64,000 nucleotides of DNA from Spirochaetales bacterium. Lineage in GTDB: Bacteria; Spirochaetota; Spirochaetia; JABEVK01. Both the position numbers and the translations under genes were made by a program. Below, piece after piece: positions 58,253 through 64,000 of this stretch (position 1 is its first letter; each line of letters opens with the position of its first letter). Where the stretch lies: assembly GCA_037142615.1 (NCBI GenBank), contig JBAXAI010000014.1, forward strand, positions 28,545 to 92,544, given 5' to 3'. The notes below the pieces were generated by a model, which was not told the origin of the DNA, ran no database searches, and saw only the letters and a program-made list of their open reading frames with translations.

Positions 58253-58448
58253 GGTCCCTTCTCACGTCTGCCAGCGGACGCCGTGGTTCGCCTCGTTCCA
58301 GGACTGCCAAGGCCAGCAGGTAATCTTCCCGCTCGTCGAGAAAATCGGAGATGGCTTGTTTGACGTAGTAGCTCTTGCTTCGGCCCGTCTCTTGGGCCAG
58401 GCGGGAGAGCTTTTCGTCCATGTTCGGATCCAAGCGGACAGCCAGCAT
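58236..58448 (-). CDS. RHH antitoxin (RelB/TraY-like)
   Basis: MLAVRLD...LAQETGRSKSYYVKQAI...EDYLLA; gtatgac direct repeats upstream (58460-58475). Confidence 0.9.
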   Translation of the reverse strand: MLAVRLDPNMDEKLSRLAQETGRSKSYYVKQAISDFLDEREDYLLALAVLERGEPRRPLADVRRDLGLER

Positions 58449-58548
58449 AATGTACCTCTGTATGACAAGTATGACGCATCCAGTCATCGAAAGCAACAGG
58501 GAGTCACAGGGTCCCGGTTGAATCAAAATGCCAATCAATTACACTGAC

Positions 58549-58655
58549 ACGTTTGTATCAAGCACGAAAGTTTTGACGCGCTTGCCGTCGGCGGGGCGTA
58601 AGCCGAGAAGCGGCGTCGCCGAGTTTTTGGGTCGGCCGGGTGATGTGGTTGGCAT
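58549..58655 (-). repeat. Copy 3 of phoH 5' end (intact frame with RBS)
   Basis: MPTTSPGRPKNSATPLLGLRPADGKRVKTFVLDTNV; 107 bp, about 12 mismatches vs functional copy. Confidence 0.93.
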
Positions 58656-58679
58656 GTGGGGCTCCTTGTCGATCAGGGT

Positions 58680-59110
58680 GCAGAGACCAGGACGTTGGCA
58701 ACCGGCCTTCTCGGCAACCCTAGCATGCCGGGGATCGGCAAGGTCACAAGCAGCGTCCTGATCGGATCCCTCTCGGAGTTAGGGCGCCTCAGCCGTCGTG
58801 CCATCGGCGCACTTGTCGGTGTGGCGCCAATCGCCCGTGACTCTGGAACAAGTCAGGGAAGACGGAGGATCCAGGGAGGAAGGGCGCATATCCGGCGGGC
58901 CCTCTACATGGCAACCCTGACCTCGATCAAATACTCGCCGGAACTGAAGTCTTTCTTCGAACGGATGAGACTGGCGGGCAAGCCCTTCAAGGTTGCCATG
59001 GTCGCCTGCATGAGAAAACTCCTCACGATTCTTAACGCGATGGTCAAGAGCAAAACGATCTGGAACGGGGGGACTGCTCAAGTTCAGACTTGACAAAACA
59101 CACGGTTACT
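58680..59110 (+). mobile_element. IS110-family transposase remnant (C-terminal half) with right end
   Basis: PGIG, LVGVAP..RDSG, RRALYMA, KVAMVACMRKLL; followed by CTTGACAAAACACACGGTTACT. Confidence 0.85.
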
Positions 59111-59202
59111 TACGCCTGTCCCCACGTGAGATCGAGTTGACTAATAGCTCTATTATCTCCATAATTAGAACAATTCACGGTCTCGTGATGCGAGGGACTC
59201 GA

Positions 59203-60534
59203 ATGGCGACTTGGCTCTCGAGGAAAGGCACAGACTCCCGAACCAACCGGGACTATTACCTCAGAACACTTCCAGAACGCTGGAACACTGTAGCTGCCAC
59301 CTTTGCGGTGTTGCTGATTGCCGAACTGTTTTACCTGGCCTATGACTGGCGACTCTTCCCGGAATCTACGAGGGGGCAAGGGCTCGGTCTGGCTACGGTC
59401 GTCAATCACCTCGCACAGTTGGGAGGGGCGGCGTTGCTTCTCCTTCTGTTCTTCCTGCGCAAGCGCCTGCAATTGACTCCTTCCAGCCAGGAGTGGATTC
59501 TGAGGGTCGCGCTGGTCTTCTTCCTACTTTCGTGTACGGCCCATTCCATGTTGAATCAACTCGTGGAGGGCCGCTCGATCGCGCTCTTTCACGTGGGAAT
59601 TATCACCGCGGCCCTCGTTTTCTACGAGCCTCCCCGTGTGATACTTCCGCTTTTTGGTGTCTGTGGGGCATTGCTCCTGGCGGCGATCGTCCTCTGGCAG
59701 AAGAATGCAGACCTTGCTCGCGTTGACGAGACCAACATCGTGGCGGTTCTCCTTGCGGGGACTTTGCTCTACCTTACCTACCATAGGGGCCGGGTTCGAC
59801 TTTACCGTCACGTCCTCGAACTTGCCTCGTGCAGCAAGTTCAAGGACGCTGTGATCCGCGCCTCGAGTCACGACCTCCGGGCCCCCATTTCGCAGATCCG
59901 CGTGCTCTTGGAACAGCTCGAAGAACCGGAAGAGACCTTCTTGAGACAGCGCAGTGAGATCCGGCAACAGCTCGATCAACTCTTCCGCCGGGCGTCGCTC
60001 GTACTCGATAACCTGCTGGCAATTGGAGCCTCGGGCCGCGAAGAACTCCCCTTTCAGCGTCAGATCCTGTCACTGGACGACTTGGTCGAACCTCTCCAGA
60101 AGTCGCTGGCCGCCGAGGCAGCGGGCAAGGCGGTGACCCTCGAGTTTCGCCTGCCGACCGAGGTACTCTTGGTGGGCGATCCGGCTATGCTGCAGAGTGT
60201 TCTGGCAAACCTCCTCGCCAATGCGATCAAGTACTCTCAGCCAGGGAAGAGAGTCACCCTTGACGCCGAAGTACAGCCCACCGACGTGAGGGTTTCGGTG
60301 ACAGACCAGGGAGCCGGTATGGAACCCGAGGTTTTGCGTTGGGTCAACAACGGTCAAGCGCAGCCTCCGCGCAGGGGAACTGCTGGAGAGTTTGGCCTTG
60401 GCATTGGGCTTTCGGTGTGCCAAACTCTCTTGGCCTTTCACGAAAGCACGTTGAACTTCGAATCGCAGCCCGGTGAAGGTACCCGGGTATGGTTCCTGCT
60501 TCCGCGGTTTCTGCATGGTTTTGCTCATGATTAA
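59203..60534 (+). CDS. Membrane sensor histidine kinase
   Basis: Multi-TM N-terminus; SHDLRAP, NLLANAIKYS, DQGAG, GIGL; start uncertain. Confidence 0.88.
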   Translation: MATWLSRKGTDSRTNRDYYLRTLPERWNTVAATFAVLLIAELFYLAYDWRLFPESTRGQGLGLATVVNHLAQLGGAALLLLLFFLRKRLQLTPSSQEWILRVALVFFLLSCTAHSMLNQLVEGRSIALFHVGIITAALVFYEPPRVILPLFGVCGALLLAAIVLWQKNADLARVDETNIVAVLLAGTLLYLTYHRGRVRLYRHVLELASCSKFKDAVIRASSHDLRAPISQIRVLLEQLEEPEETFLRQRSEIRQQLDQLFRRASLVLDNLLAIGASGREELPFQRQILSLDDLVEPLQKSLAAEAAGKAVTLEFRLPTEVLLVGDPAMLQSVLANLLANAIKYSQPGKRVTLDAEVQPTDVRVSVTDQGAGMEPEVLRWVNNGQAQPPRRGTAGEFGLGIGLSVCQTLLAFHESTLNFESQPGEGTRVWFLLPRFLHGFAHD

Positions 60535-60566
60535 CGAAATTCGGCTCTGCAAGCCGGTGGGCTACC

Positions 60567-61241
60567 TCATCCGATATTGTTTCGGAGTCCGAAACGTACC
60601 AATTCGACCGTGGATGAAATGTCGAGTTTTGCCATCAACCGGTGCTTGTAGGTGCTCACGGTCTTTTCGCCGATGGCCAGATCATAGCCTATTTCTTTCA
60701 TAGTCCTGCCCTGGCAGAGCATGGTCAGTACCCGCTGTTCCTGAGGCGACAGGTCATCCAGCATGCCTGTCTTTTGCTCTGCCTGTGGTACAGGCCCGGT
60801 GGCCTGCTGGGCTTGGCCTTGCATGGATACGATAGAGTGGAGGAAGTCCAAACCCTTCCTGGTCATGTAGTATCCACCATTGGCCACGACCCTTATGGCA
60901 TCGCGCATTGTTGCCGGGTCGGAATCCTTGGTTATGTACCCACGGGCTCCTGCCTGCATGGCCCGCAAGGCTAACTCGTGTTCAGGATGCATGGTCAGGA
61001 ACAGTGTGGGCGGAGCGCAGCCCATGGCCTGCAGGCTACCCAGCACCTCAAGGCCATTGGACCTGGCCAGCCCAATATCCAGCAGCAGAACATCGATGTC
61101 TGCTAGCTGAGCGGGAGCTTCCAGCAGCGCTTCACCATCGCTCAGGTCCAGAACGATTCGCAGGTCGTCGGTTTCGGCGCATAGGGTCTTTATCCCTTCC
61201 CGGATCAGAATATGATCGTCGGCTATGGCTATGTGGATCAT
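60567..61241 (-). CDS. NarL/LuxR family response regulator
   Basis: ADDH, LLDI, GARGYITK, LSPQE...KTVSTYK. Confidence 0.92.
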   Translation of the reverse strand: MIHIAIADDHILIREGIKTLCAETDDLRIVLDLSDGEALLEAPAQLADIDVLLLDIGLARSNGLEVLGSLQAMGCAPPTLFLTMHPEHELALRAMQAGARGYITKDSDPATMRDAIRVVANGGYYMTRKGLDFLHSIVSMQGQAQQATGPVPQAEQKTGMLDDLSPQEQRVLTMLCQGRTMKEIGYDLAIGEKTVSTYKHRLMAKLDISSTVELVRFGLRNNIG

Positions 61242-61521
61242 GGCGCCTGGGCCTTTCGGTAGCGAGACTGGCTAAGTGGCATCCTGGTTCCCGTCATGCT
61301 CCATGCCGTCGGAATCGCAACCAGGGGAGCTGGTGCTATCGGTACCACGTGGAATGGTCTTCATCGAGGCATTGTACGGCAAAACGTCAAAAATATCCAT
61401 GTCTTGTTGTCGAAGCGTCAGGAAAATCCTACGTTCTTGTACGTGACTTCAGATCGACTTACGTATAGCCGTACAACCCGCCCCCCACAAACCGATGGTA
61501 ACATTCCGGTAGAGGTAAGTC

Positions 61522-62973
61522 ATGAAAACACATACGTCTCGACTGGCATCGGTTCTGGTGGTCATTCTGGCCCTGTTCATAGTCCTGGTACTGGGGGCTT
61601 GCGTTGGGCCCATCGATGAAACCCCTGTCACCCCTGTCATCCCTGTCATCCCTGTCATCCCTGTCATCCCTGTCATCCCTGACATCCCTGACACTGTTTT
61701 CGGGACCGATGGCGTGGCCCGTCCACTGGGAACCTGGACCCTGCCGGCAACCTTGGACACCAATAAGACAGCCATCGAAGACATAAACTTCTATGGCTCA
61801 GCAGTGGATTCGGCGGGCAACATCTACGTTGTCGGCCTCTATAAATACAAGAACTACTCCGACATCGAGGAAAAAAACGTCATGGTCGTCAAGTACACGG
61901 CCTTGGGTGACATCGACACAAGCTTCGGTACCGCCGGCGCCTTTTTCTTTGTGGGAGACGACTATACGGTCAGCTCAGTTGGCGGAGCCTGGGATGAGTC
62001 TTGGTTCAACGATAACTATGCCCCTGTCATCGCGGTGGACGCGGCAGGCAAGATATACCTGGCTTTTACGTCCTGGTACACCCAGACCAGCTTTGTGGGT
62101 TATTACAACAAGGATGCCTGCCTCATCCGCCTGACTTCCACCGGTACCCTTGATACCACCTTCTCCGAAAACGGCGTGGATTTTTACGGCAGCACAAGCG
62201 CGGGCACCCGCTACGTGGTCAACGGCCTCCTGCTGGACGCCGACAAGCCCTATGTGTACGGGTACAAGGCCGTCGCAGATGACCCAACCGCTGCAACTCC
62301 GATCTATACCTATTCCCGGGTTGTCATAGCTTACGCGGGTACCGGCGCCTCGCCTTCAGCCGTTCTGGCAAGCGGTACTTTCGATTCAACTTTAGACCCG
62401 GACAACACCCAGTTCAACTACGCCGTGGCCGACGCCACGTACTTCTTCCTGGCCAACGTGGACAACGGCTATGTCGAGAAGTGGACCAAGGCGGGTGTGT
62501 ATGTTTCCGGCGACATCAGCCTGCCCCTTACCAATGAGGAAGCCCTGGTCATGGCCATCGATGGCACCAAGTTGGCCACCTACAGTGCCGTCTGGGACTC
62601 AGTTGCTTCGGTATACAAGACAAAGAAAATCCGGCTTTGGGACACGACAACCATGGCTGCGGCTTCCGGTTTTACCGCCGTCAGCCTGGCCGACACCGAC
62701 CGGGTAAGCGGCCTGCTCTTTGTCAGCGATGGCATCTTGGTGTTCGGGAATGTGGCGGTGAGCGGCTCGGCGGTCACTCGGCCCACGGTCTGGAAGTTCA
62801 CGCTGGACGGAAGCGCTGACACGACCTTCGGCACCAATGGCGTGCTGACATCCAGTGCCGTGGACATGACTCCCTATGGTTGGGCCCAGCCCGATGCCAG
62901 CACCCTGATCCTGTCCGGACAGGAAGGCACAGGACCATATTATGCCGGTGTAACCTCTCTCAAACTGAACTAG
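61522..62973 (+). CDS. Surface lipoprotein with delta-60-like beta-propeller repeats
   Basis: Lipobox LGAC; GDIDTSFG, GTLDTTFS, GSADTTFG repeats. Confidence 0.8.
   Translation: MKTHTSRLASVLVVILALFIVLVLGACVGPIDETPVTPVIPVIPVIPVIPVIPDIPDTVFGTDGVARPLGTWTLPATLDTNKTAIEDINFYGSAVDSAGNIYVVGLYKYKNYSDIEEKNVMVVKYTALGDIDTSFGTAGAFFFVGDDYTVSSVGGAWDESWFNDNYAPVIAVDAAGKIYLAFTSWYTQTSFVGYYNKDACLIRLTSTGTLDTTFSENGVDFYGSTSAGTRYVVNGLLLDADKPYVYGYKAVADDPTAATPIYTYSRVVIAYAGTGASPSAVLASGTFDSTLDPDNTQFNYAVADATYFFLANVDNGYVEKWTKAGVYVSGDISLPLTNEEALVMAIDGTKLATYSAVWDSVASVYKTKKIRLWDTTTMAAASGFTAVSLADTDRVSGLLFVSDGILVFGNVAVSGSAVTRPTVWKFTLDGSADTTFGTNGVLTSSAVDMTPYGWAQPDASTLILSGQEGTGPYYAGVTSLKLN
61624..61695 (+). repeat. 9-bp tandem repeat (CCTGTCATC) x8 encoding PVI linker
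   Basis: PVT-(PVI)5-PDI-PDT. Confidence 0.95.
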
Positions 62974-63099
62974 GGTAACAACCTCGGCAACGCCGAGCTG
63001 AACCAGTTTTGGGCGCGTACAACTGCGGAGGCACGGGATCGTCGCTCAAAGCGCACCGGGTGTGGTGGTTGGCACGGGGTGCCACTCCTCTGAAACTGG

Positions 63100-63255
63100 G
63101 CGAAGTCGTGAGCCGATGAACCCAACCGCTGAGCTTGCCAACGCCACACAATTTCGAATAGCCGCATCGTCAAGCTTGTGCCGAAGTGGGTACCTGGTTT
63201 TCACCGCGAAGTCGGCCACCAAGGACCGAATAGTCCCGTACACGGCCTGGGGCTT
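63100..63255 (-). pseudogene. Possible HEPN-domain C-terminal remnant
   Basis: DFAVKTRYP...A...A...VGFIGSRL resembles the HEPN YAVxxRYP tail; no N-terminus. Confidence 0.45.
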
Positions 63256-63257
63256 CC

Positions 63258-63554
63258 TCAGTGGCTCATCAGCTTGATGGACTGGATGATGCTCTTCTCA
63301 TCGACCAACTGCCTCGTGACGAACTTGTGCAGGATACTGGAGATGAGAGTCTGGTAGGGCAGTCCTTCTCTAGAAGAGATGCTCTTCAGTCGATCCAGGT
63401 CAAACTCAGAAATCCTGATGTTGATGTTCCGGGTCTTCTTGATCCCATCCAGCATGCTTTCAATTTTAGCGAGCTTCTCACCCTTAACCGAAACGAAGTT
63501 CTCGGCAACGTTCTCAAGGGACTGTTCGTAGGCATCAAGCTTGATTTCGGTCAT
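63258..63554 (-). CDS. BrnA/CopG-like antitoxin
   Basis: KTRNINIRIS...REGLPYQTLISSILHKFV. Confidence 0.9.
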   Translation of the reverse strand: MTEIKLDAYEQSLENVAENFVSVKGEKLAKIESMLDGIKKTRNINIRISEFDLDRLKSISSREGLPYQTLISSILHKFVTRQLVDEKSIIQSIKLMSH

Positions 63555-63817
63555 ATCGTTACTCCATAGATTTGATGGTATTTCCTGCTGGGATAGATGG
63601 TCTTCAGATCGAGCTCACCGTCATCGCTAAGTAAAAAGGGGATGCAGTAGGTGTAGTCTTTGAATTGACAGACGAAGATCATCTGGTCGGGTCGAGCTTT
63701 GTTCTCGACGATGTCTAGGAAGTCCTTGTTTAGGATTGTCTCCACAAAGTCTTCGAAGGAAATCCCTCTGGTCTTCACCAGGTGGGCATCTTTCTCCTCG
63801 TCCCATATGATTCTCAT
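63551..63817 (-). CDS. BrnT-like toxin
   Basis: WDEEK...RGISFED...LKTIYPSRKY; TTGACA-N17-TAGATT promoter upstream. Confidence 0.88.
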   Translation of the reverse strand: MRIIWDEEKDAHLVKTRGISFEDFVETILNKDFLDIVENKARPDQMIFVCQFKDYTYCIPFLLSDDGELDLKTIYPSRKYHQIYGVTI

Positions 63818-64000
63818 GTGCATGAAATCTACTACAGGAAGTATACATTGTCAATGTTGTCACGCGAGCGGCACCAGTACCTCACGCCAACCGACAAATA
63901 CTATTCATCTGTATAGTATTCGTTGCACTTCACGCTTGAAACTACGCTGCCCGGACTCAGCTCTGGACCCTTCATCTTCGATTCGAGGGGCATCCTGTGT

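Larger units (their letters stand above)
57850..58550 (-). mobile_element. Putative integrated cassette 2 (701 bp): RelB/RelE pair + phoH 5' copy
   Basis: Bounded by att-like junctions at 57848-57849 and 58549-58550. Confidence 0.65.

Noticed and set aside
57268-58655. CRISPR array or plain tandem duplication for the phoH repeats
   Set aside because: Repeats are ~100 bp coding fragments separated by unrelated genes and end at a common junction with a shared non-phoH arm.
58656-59110. IS110 as the recombinase for the phoH cassettes
   Set aside because: Only the C-terminal half remains, without the RuvC-like DEDD domain, and the junctions look like inverted-arm att sites; a role for an intact copy elsewhere is not excluded.

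Overview
GC-rich bacterial DNA. The gene content (BMP lipoprotein, many lipoproteins, NHL-repeat and TPR/transglutaminase surface proteins, XPB helicase with its helicase-associated partner, PFOR) suggests an anaerobic free-living spirochaete; this is an inference. Core regions: purine nucleoside ABC/deoD, glgA, SulP, an Fe3+-type ABC system coupled to a homocysteine methyltransferase, PFOR, tryptophanase, a sigma54 two-component operon, and a phoH / RnfE-CheR fusion / XPB operon. There are two accessory regions. The first is a defence island (~31.6-39.4 kb) with an McrBC-like pair, a dead C5 methylase, several TA modules and Fic. The second (~57.3-64 kb) holds TA pairs, an IS110 remnant, a two-component system and a lipoprotein. 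The most striking structure: the first 107 bp of phoH occur three times, all breaking at the same GT dinucleotide in the VLDTNV codons, and the two displaced copies continue into a shared 17-bp arm. These sites delimit two tiny integrase-less units (580 and 701 bp), each carrying a toxin-antitoxin pair plus a replacement phoH 5' end, i.e. an apparent site-specific TA-cassette array built inside a host gene. No rRNA, tRNA or CRISPR array was recognised. Family assignments come from motif recognition by eye, not database searches.
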